The notes below the pieces were generated by a model, which saw only the letters and a list, made by a program, of their open reading frames with translations, had not been told where the DNA came from and made no database searches. A program made the position numbers and the translations under genes. From positions 248,333 through 305,343 of IMG/VR virus record IMGVR_UViG_3300028260_000001: a DNA stretch of 57,011 nt. The stretch is one strand, 5' to 3'. Shown one piece after another: positions 1 through 8,779 of this stretch (position 1 is its first letter; every line of letters starts with the position of its first letter). This DNA is from a virus. Taxonomy: Duplodnaviria; Heunggongvirae; Uroviricota; Caudoviricetes.

Positions 1-78
1 TGAAAGCTGTCTTGCGATAGAAAACGCCGGAGTGCGTTAACGGGTAGGCGTAGTTGAGAACTCTGACTAGAGGTAATC

Positions 79-366
79 ATGGTCATCGTAACTACACAAG
101 CCTTGCTCTCCTTGTGGCCGTTCCTCAAGCGCGCGATCTTTGGTGAACGCGCAATTAAAGAGGTTCTGCTGGAAAACCGGTACATCACCTTCATGTTGTT
201 CTGTATCATGCTTATGCTTGCTACGATCTTCTGGGTGGGTACTGAGTTGGATGCTGTTAAAGCTGAGAACCGTGTAATCGTTCAGGAACTCAAGGACCTC
301 AAGGCTACCTATGAGAAACCTGATTTCGACGCTCGTCGTCGCCGATTGGACGACCTTCTCAAGTAA
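79..366 (+). CDS. Small membrane protein, one TM helix plus short coiled coil (i-spanin-like)
   Basis: GAGGT RBS before ATG; hydrophobic YITFMLFCIMLMLATIFWV followed by heptad-like ELDAVKAENRVIVQELKDLK; directly upstream of a lipoprotein gene. Confidence 0.6.
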   Translation: MVIVTTQALLSLWPFLKRAIFGERAIKEVLLENRYITFMLFCIMLMLATIFWVGTELDAVKAENRVIVQELKDLKATYEKPDFDARRRRLDDLLK

Positions 367-385
367 ACTACCAATGGGAGTAACC

Positions 386-784
386 ATGCGTTATGCTCTA
401 TTTTTACTGTTCTTCTTGAGCAGCGGTTGTGTCTTAAACCAACCAAATAACTTCGTGTATTACACAGAGGTTCATACCAGCAATGTCTCCAGCGTCTCTA
501 GTACGTCAACTCATACAACAAAAGAGACACCTGCACCTCCACAAAAGACCGTAGTAATAGAACGTGCGGAACAAGCAACAAGTACAACATGTCCGCCATT
601 TATTCTGCCGTCAGCTGGAATTCCACCCGCTACTCCTGTATTCGCTAACCTTCCTCCATTGGTGAAACCTGGGGATGACGATGTTATCCTTACGAATCAT
701 ATCAAGGAAATGAAGAAGTATGTGAATAACGAAAGGTCTAAAATAGAGAAAGCCTATCGCGAGTGGCAGTCGTCCTGCAAGTAA
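386..784 (+). CDS. Lipoprotein (o-spanin-like); start corrected to 386
   Basis: GGGAG RBS at 376-380; MRYALFLLFFLSSG-C signal peptide with lipobox; Ser/Thr/Pro-rich linker, C-terminal helix, two further Cys. Confidence 0.65.
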   Translation: MRYALFLLFFLSSGCVLNQPNNFVYYTEVHTSNVSSVSSTSTHTTKETPAPPQKTVVIERAEQATSTTCPPFILPSAGIPPATPVFANLPPLVKPGDDDVILTNHIKEMKKYVNNERSKIEKAYREWQSSCK

Positions 785-840
785 AAAGACTGGCTGGATT
801 AATAATCTAGTGTGGTTTATTTCTTCGTGAGGATGACATA

Positions 841-2289
841 ATGGATGGTATTGTTCTTTATACTGATGGTTCATTCCGTCAGAATAAAGCAGGTTGGGGA
901 ATTCACGGTTACACCTACAGTAACGTCGCTATGTCTTCCAAAGCGGCGACCAAACAGCAACCGACAGCTAAAGGGTACAAAGATGTACCTGCTTCGGAAA
1001 CTGTAACGGTAATCGAGTATATCGATGCGTATGGTGCGATCGAAAAGAACCCAACCAATAACACAGCGGAACTCGGTGCTGCGATTGGTGCATTTGAATA
1101 TGCATTGAAATCTCCTGCGAAACAAATGACTATGCTGATGGATAGCGAGTATGTTCGTAAGGGTCTAACGCAGTACGTTCCAAAGTGGGCGAAAAATAAT
1201 TGGATCAAATCAGATGGCATGCCAGTAGCTAACGTTGATTACTGGAAAAGGTTGTCTGAGTTAAAGGCATCGTGGGAAGAGCCTAAACGTAAACTTGAAC
1301 TCTTGTGGATCAAGGGGCATTCCAACGACATGGGTAATGACAAAGCAGACGCGAATGCTTTGTTAGGTGCGGGACATGAAGTAAAAGCCGCACCGGTTGA
1401 AATCAAACAAGAAGGCGAGAAGGTCAACAAGCTTAAGAAACAACCAGTGAATCCGTTAGTGATGGAATCACGTCTGTTGTTTGGGTTTAATACAGGTGAA
1501 GATCCGGATGGATACTATTACATGTATAACCTCGGTCGCATGCATAACTACGGTTTCAAACCGCAGGACACACCGAAAGATAAATTAGCGAAAGCTGATC
1601 TGTTGATTGGTCGACCGATTTCTGAAGCAACCTTTGGTGTTTACAAAGCGTACGAACCAGATGCATATCTGGAATCCGTCATTGCGATGCACGCTGCGTG
1701 TTTCCCAAGTGATAATCCTGAATTGGGTATTCTCAACTTGGCTAACGTGTTCAACGCTCAAATCCGTAACCGCATTGAAACTGCAAACTCGGATCTGTTG
1801 TCGAAGCACACAGACATCTTGGTATTGTCGACTGCCGACTATAAACTAGTCAGCCGTACCCTCAACCCACCGCGACGTGCAAATGATGCCGTAGCGACCT
1901 TCCAGCAGCTCCAGCGACAGCTAGACGATTACCTAACAGGAAAGCTGGGTAACGGGGTTGAAGCTTTTGATATAACGTCCGCATTTTTCGAGCAGGTCTC
2001 GTCTGGAAAGAAAGAGATCCGACAGCTTCTGAAAACGATCACTCAGAATACTGAATCGGTTAATCCGAAGATTAAGTTCCGTGGGCAAGACGTGGAACTC
2101 AAGTTGTGTCTCGGTTTGGATATTCCAACTCGTAACCAACTTAACCGAATCGGTGCTGGGTATACGAAGGTAGAAGTGTTGGTCATTGCTGTTGGGCCTC
2201 GTGCCTACACATACGCGACTGTGTTCCAAACGGATGAAGGTTCTGCAATTTACCAGAGTCCGTATACGCAGTTCATTCTACCTAAATAG
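841..2289 (+). CDS. rnhA: Ribonuclease HI with long C-terminal extension (phiKZ gp155-like)
   Basis: RNase H motifs LYTDGS, TNNTAEL, DSEYV, N.DYW, WIKGHS..GNDKADANA. Confidence 0.92.
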   Translation: MDGIVLYTDGSFRQNKAGWGIHGYTYSNVAMSSKAATKQQPTAKGYKDVPASETVTVIEYIDAYGAIEKNPTNNTAELGAAIGAFEYALKSPAKQMTMLMDSEYVRKGLTQYVPKWAKNNWIKSDGMPVANVDYWKRLSELKASWEEPKRKLELLWIKGHSNDMGNDKADANALLGAGHEVKAAPVEIKQEGEKVNKLKKQPVNPLVMESRLLFGFNTGEDPDGYYYMYNLGRMHNYGFKPQDTPKDKLAKADLLIGRPISEATFGVYKAYEPDAYLESVIAMHAACFPSDNPELGILNLANVFNAQIRNRIETANSDLLSKHTDILVLSTADYKLVSRTLNPPRRANDAVATFQQLQRQLDDYLTGKLGNGVEAFDITSAFFEQVSSGKKEIRQLLKTITQNTESVNPKIKFRGQDVELKLCLGLDIPTRNQLNRIGAGYTKVEVLVIAVGPRAYTYATVFQTDEGSAIYQSPYTQFILPK

Positions 2290-2299
2290 CGGGTATTCC

Positions 2300-2713
2300 A
2301 TGAAACTACTAACCAAACTCCAGGAAGTCATTGCCCGGTTCTTTACACGAATCGGGCTGCGCTGGTGCGCAAAGCTTGACAATGATTTTAAACGGATGTG
2401 TGTGTTAGCCATTATCCACTCTAAGTGGGTCGGCGGTGATGTTGTCAGGGAACGATATGCTAAAGCCATGTCACTGAACGATCAAATGTGTTTGGTACGT
2501 GACGCCAATGCATTAAAGTTCCCTACTTGCATTGCGGATCATTGCCTTAAGGGTATCCCAAGTCTCAATGAAGCCAAAAGCTCCCCGGACTGTGGATGGA
2601 ATCGTATTCGCAGGGCAATCCCTTGCTGGTTACGTTATTCCGATGAAGCAACGTTCCGTAACGACATTCAACGGGTCTTCGCTATTTGCGCTGCACCTGT
2701 GGTTATCGCATAA
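2300..2713 (+). CDS. Hypothetical protein; start corrected to 2300
   Basis: ATG 11 nt after the RNase H stop; ORF ends at a terminator. Confidence 0.7.
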   Translation: MKLLTKLQEVIARFFTRIGLRWCAKLDNDFKRMCVLAIIHSKWVGGDVVRERYAKAMSLNDQMCLVRDANALKFPTCIADHCLKGIPSLNEAKSSPDCGWNRIRRAIPCWLRYSDEATFRNDIQRVFAICAAPVVIA

Positions 2714-2750
2714 CGACATATTGGCTTCCCCTAGGGGAAGCCTTTATGCC
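2711..2750. terminator. Bidirectional terminator between convergent genes
   Basis: Perfect 20-nt palindrome GGCTTCCCCTAGGGGAAGCC (2723-2742) flanked by GACATA and TTTATGCC. Confidence 0.85.
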
Positions 2751-2751
2751 A

Positions 2752-3618
2752 TCAGCGGAGCTCTTTCTCAAGCGTAGCGAACACTTGGTTAACTTCTGTA
2801 AGCTTGGTGATCTGAATGGCGTACCACTCAACCCACTTAGCTACGTTAGCCAGTTCGTTGCCGATTGTTTGGATCAGTTGCTTAGAGGCTGGATCACGTT
2901 CCGAAGACAGTGACTTAAACAGACCCGATGCAACAGCTGTCAGTTGTTCTACCGAAGCACGGACAACGGTTGGAGAACATTGATCCAGCAGCTTACCATA
3001 ACTCACCATCTGGAACTCAGCTTTAACAAACTCATTGTTGTTAGAGAACAGAGCACCGAAGGTATTGGTAGCGTCGTTACCACCTTTGAAGTACTTGGCT
3101 TCTTCAGCGTACAACTTAGCGATCTGACCAGCATCCATCGAACCACCTGGGAAGTCACGACGATCCCCACGTTCAGCAGGGTTGGTAACGTAGTAACCCA
3201 GACGTTGGATAGCTGGATCTAGCACAGCGGTCTTGATAGTAGCAGCCAGTTGAATACGTGGCTGTAAGCCCATTACGTAGTCATGCAAGTTACCACTGAA
3301 GCCACGAGGCTGAGAAACGATCTTCTCTTGGATGACCATGTAATCCAGAGAACGCATTACAGTCTGCATGTTAGCAGGATACAGCGTGGTGAGTGGTGCC
3401 CAATTGAAAGTGGTCATCAGCTCAAAGCCACGTTTGATCGACATGGAAATGTTTGCGCCCATACGAGCAAACCAACCAGAGATCATACCCATCTCGGCAG
3501 CTTCCATGGAAATACTTTCACATGCGATGTAGAACTGACGGATAGGATCGACTTGAACATTGTCAGCCGATTCGTTAGATACGACTTCGTTCGTACCATA
3601 GCGAGTAAAGAGAGACAT
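2752..3618 (-). CDS. Virion head protein, probably proteolytically processed (phiKZ gp153-like)
   Basis: N-terminal S-N-E and S-M-E motifs match the S/A/G-X-E site of the phiKZ head protease; synteny. Confidence 0.7.
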   Translation of the reverse strand: MSLFTRYGTNEVVSNESADNVQVDPIRQFYIACESISMEAAEMGMISGWFARMGANISMSIKRGFELMTTFNWAPLTTLYPANMQTVMRSLDYMVIQEKIVSQPRGFSGNLHDYVMGLQPRIQLAATIKTAVLDPAIQRLGYYVTNPAERGDRRDFPGGSMDAGQIAKLYAEEAKYFKGGNDATNTFGALFSNNNEFVKAEFQMVSYGKLLDQCSPTVVRASVEQLTAVASGLFKSLSSERDPASKQLIQTIGNELANVAKWVEWYAIQITKLTEVNQVFATLEKELR

Positions 3619-3715
3619 GGTAGCTACCTTGTTTTAATGAATTCGGGAGTCTAGACATAAAATTACGCTTGAACTCAATTAATTGATTGCTCTATAACAT
3701 CAACGAGGAAATTCA

Positions 3716-5137
3716 ATGTTTGGCGAATTTAAGAAACCTTCATTCAGACCTGCTGTAAACGTAGGTTGTTTGATGGATGTGTCAACAGGTCATTACGAAG
3801 AAGGTGAACACGGGGAGATGATCCTCAACGGTGGTCTAGGTGCTTTGAACGGGATTGTATCTCGTCCGAACAACTTTAAGACAGCCCTCGGTGTTTACAT
3901 GCTGTCCATGGTGCGTCGTGCTATGCCGGGTTCCCACTCGATGGTGTACGACACTGAAGGTACACTCAATCCAGTTGCACGTTTTGCATCTGTAGCTAAG
4001 CACTGCCCTGAAATCGCAGCTATCGATTTCAACAACGATCCACAGTTCATGTTCACTGACTTGTCTCAGTACACCGGTGACGAGTTCTTCTTCACGCTGC
4101 GTAAAGCTCTGGATGCCAAAGCAAAAGATCCTAAGACGCACATGCGTACATCGCCATTCAAAGATGTCGATGGCCAGCTGAAGAAGTGTCTTCACCCAAC
4201 TACTGCGTTCATTGACTCGTTCTCGAAGTTCATTGTATCTGCTGTAGATGAGATGTATGCCAAGAACAAAATCGGTGACGGTAAGAACAACACCGACGCC
4301 ATGACTAACGGTAAAGCTAAGAACCAGTTGTTCAACCAGCTTCCACAAGTCGCAGCACAAACCGGTTCTCACTTCATTCTGACTGCTCACGTTGGTGACA
4401 TCATTCAGATGGAGATGTATCCAACCGATAAGCGTAACCTGACCGGTATGAAGAAAGATACCGTGTTGAAAGGTGTATCGGGTGGCTTCTACTCTCTGCC
4501 TAACAACGTCTGGGACGTCGTATCGAACAAGCCTCTGCTGAACAACGATAAGATGCCAGTGTACCCACTGGATAACTCTACGTCGATGCAAGGCGACTCT
4601 GACCTCCGTATTCTGGAAGTTAAGAACCTCCGTCCAAAAGGTGGTATCGCTGACCTGGCTGTACCGATCATCGTTGCACAGTCTGAAGGTGTTCTGGTAG
4701 CACTGACTGAGTTCCACTACTGCAAAGAGAACGCTTGGGGCATTGGTGGTAACGTACAGAACTACTTCGTAGAACTGCGTCCAGATGTATCGCTGAGCCG
4801 TACCAAGGTTCGTCAGAAACTCAACGCTGACCCACTGCTGCGTCGTGCTGTTGAAATCCAATCGGAACTGCTGCAGTTCATTCACTTCAAACGTGAGTTC
4901 GATACCCCTACTCCGAAAGATCTTTACGAAGGTCTGATCAAGATGGGTTACGACTGGAATGTACTGCTGGGTGAAACCCGTGGTTATTGGATGGTGAAAG
5001 AAGAAGAACACCTATGCGAGAAGAAGTTCCTGTCGACCAAAGACCTGGTTCGCATGCTGCGCTTCGAATACGTTCCATACTGGATGTCTAAAGAAGACAA
5101 AGCCAAGATCAAACCACTAGAGGCTACCGCCAGCTAA
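3716..5137 (+). CDS. uvsX: UvsX/RecA-like recombinase (phiKZ gp152-like)
   Basis: LNGG...SRPNNFKT variant Walker A, YDTEG, FIDSFS Walker B, ILTAH; GAGG RBS. Confidence 0.85.
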   Translation: MFGEFKKPSFRPAVNVGCLMDVSTGHYEEGEHGEMILNGGLGALNGIVSRPNNFKTALGVYMLSMVRRAMPGSHSMVYDTEGTLNPVARFASVAKHCPEIAAIDFNNDPQFMFTDLSQYTGDEFFFTLRKALDAKAKDPKTHMRTSPFKDVDGQLKKCLHPTTAFIDSFSKFIVSAVDEMYAKNKIGDGKNNTDAMTNGKAKNQLFNQLPQVAAQTGSHFILTAHVGDIIQMEMYPTDKRNLTGMKKDTVLKGVSGGFYSLPNNVWDVVSNKPLLNNDKMPVYPLDNSTSMQGDSDLRILEVKNLRPKGGIADLAVPIIVAQSEGVLVALTEFHYCKENAWGIGGNVQNYFVELRPDVSLSRTKVRQKLNADPLLRRAVEIQSELLQFIHFKREFDTPTPKDLYEGLIKMGYDWNVLLGETRGYWMVKEEEHLCEKKFLSTKDLVRMLRFEYVPYWMSKEDKAKIKPLEATAS

Positions 5138-5373
5138 TGTCTCACTACGACACCTTCATGCGTTGGCTGTTCTGGCCAATTACCACACCGTTAGAGTGGT
5201 TCTTCAGGCACCGTTGTAAATTGGATGCTGAAGGCTGCTGCTTACACGAATATTGTGCTGAGGGTAAAGAGGGTGTCCCTGGATGGGGACAATCGAACGA
5301 AAGGTGGGTTCGTCGTAACCCACTACCCTCCCGGCCACCAAAAGGTCCTCCACCACCTTACAGATACAAATAA
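5137..5373 (+). CDS. Small Cys/Pro-rich hypothetical protein
   Basis: TAATG coupling to the uvsX stop; fills the gap to the next gene. Confidence 0.55.
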   Translation: MSHYDTFMRWLFWPITTPLEWFFRHRCKLDAEGCCLHEYCAEGKEGVPGWGQSNERWVRRNPLPSRPPKGPPPPYRYK

Positions 5374-5375
5374 CG

Positions 5376-5720
5376 ATGAACGTATACACATTCCAGCTTG
5401 GTCGTTTAGAGAACCTAGTGTTCAACACGATCCCGTATTACGACACTACCGTTAAATCAGGTATGTGGCAACTGGCTCCCACATGGGACATTGTAATGGG
5501 AGTTAAGTCTAATGCCATTACTCCAGAAGAATACGAGTGCCAATACATGGCGATGTTGGAATGGCGTTACTTCACCTACCCAGAATTTTTCGAATGGTTG
5601 ATAAGCCATGAACAAATCGCATTCGGTTGTTACTGTCGTGCTGGCAAGTTCTGTCACCGGCATCTTATCACCAAGTTTCTTTCCCAAATAACAGATGTTA
5701 ATTATTGCGGCGAGCTTTAG
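5376..5720 (+). CDS. DUF488-like protein
   Basis: LAPTW...EEY...Y and C-terminal GCYC....CHRHLI motif typical of the DUF488 family. Confidence 0.7.
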   Translation: MNVYTFQLGRLENLVFNTIPYYDTTVKSGMWQLAPTWDIVMGVKSNAITPEEYECQYMAMLEWRYFTYPEFFEWLISHEQIAFGCYCRAGKFCHRHLITKFLSQITDVNYCGEL

Positions 5721-5736
5721 TTAACAGGAACACAAC

Positions 5737-6030
5737 ATGTCTTATAATCAATTCATTTTCGAAATGACGCGTGCCGTCGATCCTGAACTAGCTGAAGATC
5801 TAAATCGTCGCATGACGGTACAGCTGACCACTACTATTGAAATGTCAAACTTCATGAATGACATTTTAAATCAATACCCACAAGACTGGGCGAAGTTCTG
5901 GTTCACTACGAACCAACCGTACACCATCGAACAGTGGTGTAACTACTACCGTCAATGTGTACTGCCATTCTTCCGTATGCATCGATTGCCGCCCGTAGGT
6001 GCAGATGCGAGACCTATCTATCCGGTCTAA
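5737..6030 (+). CDS. Hypothetical protein
   Basis: AGGA RBS; operon position. Confidence 0.7.
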   Translation: MSYNQFIFEMTRAVDPELAEDLNRRMTVQLTTTIEMSNFMNDILNQYPQDWAKFWFTTNQPYTIEQWCNYYRQCVLPFFRMHRLPPVGADARPIYPV

Positions 6031-6060
6031 TCGTATAGTATTCATTAATGGAGAAATACG

Positions 6061-6729
6061 ATGTCACGCAAAGCAGCAGAAAAGGATGCATTGCATTTCA
6101 TTGACATGTTTCTGCCAGGGAGCAAAAATAAAGAGCTCATGGCAGAGATGTTCAAGCGAATGTCCGATGCAGAATTTGAACAATGGATTAACAACCTAGA
6201 GAGCGGTGCAGAGTACGTAACGCTGTATGCTCCTAACCTAGCCGACGTAACACTGAGCATTGAACGGAACTATAAAGTCGCTGAGGCTTTAGGTTTTGAA
6301 CTCTTCCAGCAATTACGTCTGACTGACCAATCCACGGGTCAAGTTTATCTAACACCAAACAAACACTTGATCGGCATGTTGCCACTCCGTCGACAAGTAC
6401 AGATGCTGGCTAAGAAGCGATCTATCCCAGGTTCAAGCCACGTAGTGGATGAACGCTCGGGTCAGGCTTCTGGTGATTCTAAAGGTTCTCGTCTATCCGG
6501 ACCAGAGATCCAAGTAAACGTTTCGAAAGGTTTGAAGACTTCTGTATTGGAACTCGTTAAGTTCCGTGGTGGCGACGCAGAAGCTTACAACCAAATGAAT
6601 CGCCAGATCATGGAGACTGGTGAAGCTTCACTTAGTTCTATCATGGCTGAGTCGCCAAGCATTGTCAAATCAAACAAAACGTTGTCGGTATATCTGTCGG
6701 CAATGATGCTGAGGAATAACCTTACATGA
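6061..6729 (+). CDS. Virion RNA polymerase beta subunit, C-terminal fragment (phiKZ gp149-like)
   Basis: L.D..TG, QMLAKK, SGQASGDSKGSRLSGPE and ELVKFRGGD resemble the RpoB C-terminus (QQPLGGKAQFGGQRFGEME, EMLTVKSDD). Confidence 0.8.
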   Translation: MSRKAAEKDALHFIDMFLPGSKNKELMAEMFKRMSDAEFEQWINNLESGAEYVTLYAPNLADVTLSIERNYKVAEALGFELFQQLRLTDQSTGQVYLTPNKHLIGMLPLRRQVQMLAKKRSIPGSSHVVDERSGQASGDSKGSRLSGPEIQVNVSKGLKTSVLELVKFRGGDAEAYNQMNRQIMETGEASLSSIMAESPSIVKSNKTLSVYLSAMMLRNNLT

Positions 6730-7199
6730 ATCCATCTCTAATCGATTCCATCCGCCAAGCGTGGATGGAAGGGTTAGAAGAGTTTCTGGCTTTGAATCCT
6801 GTTAATGATAAGTCGATGCTCCCTAACCTGGTATCTGCAATCTCCAACATTCGTGTACATCACCTGTTACGCGAAGGTAAGAACGAATCGTTTATTCGTC
6901 GGGTGTATGATGATATCCGCAACATCCCAGATTTCTATATCCTGTTCATGTCTGCAGTTTCTGCTTTTATGCTGCAACTAGAACAACCCGCTGCAGCTAT
7001 CGATTACTTCTGTAACCGGATAGAACTCTATACTGACAAGTCTGGTATCATTGACCACACCACGCTGTCACGTAGAGCGCCTACAGGCACGCTAAAAGCG
7101 ATCTTGAGCGAGAACCCATGGCTCTTCATGCTTTTGGTTGCTTCGACGCATGAGCGCGATACAGTGTCCATGCTGGTTAAGCACGGGCTTAAGAAATGA
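6726..7199 (+). CDS. Hypothetical protein (gp148-like)
   Basis: 4-nt overlaps with both neighbours. Confidence 0.7.
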   Translation: MNPSLIDSIRQAWMEGLEEFLALNPVNDKSMLPNLVSAISNIRVHHLLREGKNESFIRRVYDDIRNIPDFYILFMSAVSAFMLQLEQPAAAIDYFCNRIELYTDKSGIIDHTTLSRRAPTGTLKAILSENPWLFMLLVASTHERDTVSMLVKHGLKK

Positions 7200-8023
7200 T
7201 TCGTCGTATCCTGTTAGGTATTGACGAACTATTGGACACACGGCTTGGTGTTATTGCTAACATCAGCCAAGAAGCAGCAGCAAAACTCGTAAGCAATCCT
7301 GGGTACTGGGAACGAGACTTTGATGACTGGGAAAAACTCACCGATGGCATGATTACCAAAGCGGCATTTGATGAAGCATGGGCTAATCGTGGTGGTGAGA
7401 ACAGTGCAGCTACGATTAACGCTAGCTTCGAAACAGGACTAGCTCCATTCCTTTACCAGATGCTCGCTGAAGCGGATATCAACATGATGGATGGGATGAC
7501 ACGGCAAGCGGATGAAATCGGCTTAGCGGTCAACACAGCGCCTTACACGATGTCTCCTAGTGAGCGTGCTACGCTAATAGAAATCATTCAGCTGAAATAC
7601 GGTAGTGAACTGAATGTTAAGCTGGTGGAATACACCATCGAAGAGCTTACCATAGAAAGACTCGCTGATGAATTCGGTGCGATGATTATCTACGACTTTG
7701 CTAATTGGTTTAAGTTACACCACGTAGCAATCGTTGGTACACTGATGCCAGACTTCAACATCGTACATCCGAAGTTGTTTGATCGTGATCCATCTGAACT
7801 AACCCTCGAAGAGAAACGACACGAGTTCGTTAAGTTCCGTTCATTTACTCAGCACAACATGGATATCAACTGGATTGATGCTCGGTACTTCAGTCTGATA
7901 AACGTGAAGCATTCTTTGGCACCACCGATGTCAGACACCGATCCTGAAGAGTTCGCTCCTGTAGGGGCGATCGATGAAGACTTCCGTGATCTCATTCGAA
8001 ATGGCATAAAGGCCTCCCCTTAG
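7196..8023 (+). CDS. Conserved hypothetical protein (gp147-like)
   Basis: 275-aa ORF coupled to the upstream gene, ends inside a terminator; N-terminal ILLGIDELLDTRLG. Confidence 0.75.
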   Translation: MIRRILLGIDELLDTRLGVIANISQEAAAKLVSNPGYWERDFDDWEKLTDGMITKAAFDEAWANRGGENSAATINASFETGLAPFLYQMLAEADINMMDGMTRQADEIGLAVNTAPYTMSPSERATLIEIIQLKYGSELNVKLVEYTIEELTIERLADEFGAMIIYDFANWFKLHHVAIVGTLMPDFNIVHPKLFDRDPSELTLEEKRHEFVKFRSFTQHNMDINWIDARYFSLINVKHSLAPPMSDTDPEEFAPVGAIDEDFRDLIRNGIKASP

Positions 8024-8042
8024 GGGAGGCTTTATGTCGTTA
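8003..8042. terminator. Bidirectional terminator
   Basis: GGCATAAAG-GCCTCCCCT-T-AGGGGAGGC-TTTATGTCGTTA between convergent genes. Confidence 0.85.
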
Positions 8043-8708
8043 TGCACCAAACGTTTCTACGGCAGCAAACAACTCATCTGGGATGGTTGGAAGTTCAGCC
8101 AGAGTGGTAGCAGCTTTAACTTGGTCTTTCAGAGCCCAGCCAGCTGCGTAACCTTCAGTCACACGTTGGAATGTAGCATCAGCCATAGCTACGAATTCTT
8201 CTGCAGTAAGGCTAACGTTGACGTTCTCGTATACACGGAAGGAAACTGGTAGCGGTTGCCCAGCAGCGATAGCTTCTTTAGCTACAGTACGGATAGACGT
8301 GATGTTCAGTCGATCAGTAGTACGGATCTGTACGTGATACAGACCTTCGGCAAACTGATACGGGAAGCCACGTTCGAATTGAGCCACACGGAAAGCTTCA
8401 ATTGCAGTTTCCAGAGTAGATTTTGCACTAGCCAGGGAAACAGCAACTTCTTCTGAAGTGTAGTCGCGAGCGGTGTAAGTACGATACCATTCGCCGTCAC
8501 GCAGTTCTGGAGCACCCTCAGTTACAACGTCACCTGTAGGTACAGTTGTATCGTAGACGACTTCATAACCGTAAGCAATCAGTTCGTCGGAATCAATGGT
8601 CGATGGGAAGATGGTGGTCTTGACACGACTGGCCAGTTCACTCAGATATACTGGATAATCGCCAGTATCTGATTCGATCAGTCGGGTATTTTTAGTAACT
8701 AAAGTCAT
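8040..8708 (-). CDS. Tail-fibre assembly/chaperone-like protein (DUF4376-like C-terminus)
   Basis: YPV..., GYEVV..T..P.GD....G.P....GEW, then LTAEEF.AMA...WALKDQVKAATTLAEL; directly downstream of the fibre gene. Confidence 0.65.
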   Translation of the reverse strand: MTLVTKNTRLIESDTGDYPVYLSELASRVKTTIFPSTIDSDELIAYGYEVVYDTTVPTGDVVTEGAPELRDGEWYRTYTARDYTSEEVAVSLASAKSTLETAIEAFRVAQFERGFPYQFAEGLYHVQIRTTDRLNITSIRTVAKEAIAAGQPLPVSFRVYENVNVSLTAEEFVAMADATFQRVTEGYAAGWALKDQVKAATTLAELPTIPDELFAAVETFGA

Positions 8709-8741
8709 GGGTATTCCTTGATTGGAAAGGTTTCATAGGAT

Positions 8742-8779
8742 GAACATAAGGCTTCCCCGAAGGGAAGCCCATGTCATTA
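8742..8779 (-). terminator. Terminator after the collagen-like fibre gene
   Basis: Minus strand TAATGACATG-GGCTTCCC-TTCG-GGGAAGCC-TTATGTTC with a C(UUCG)G loop. Confidence 0.8.
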
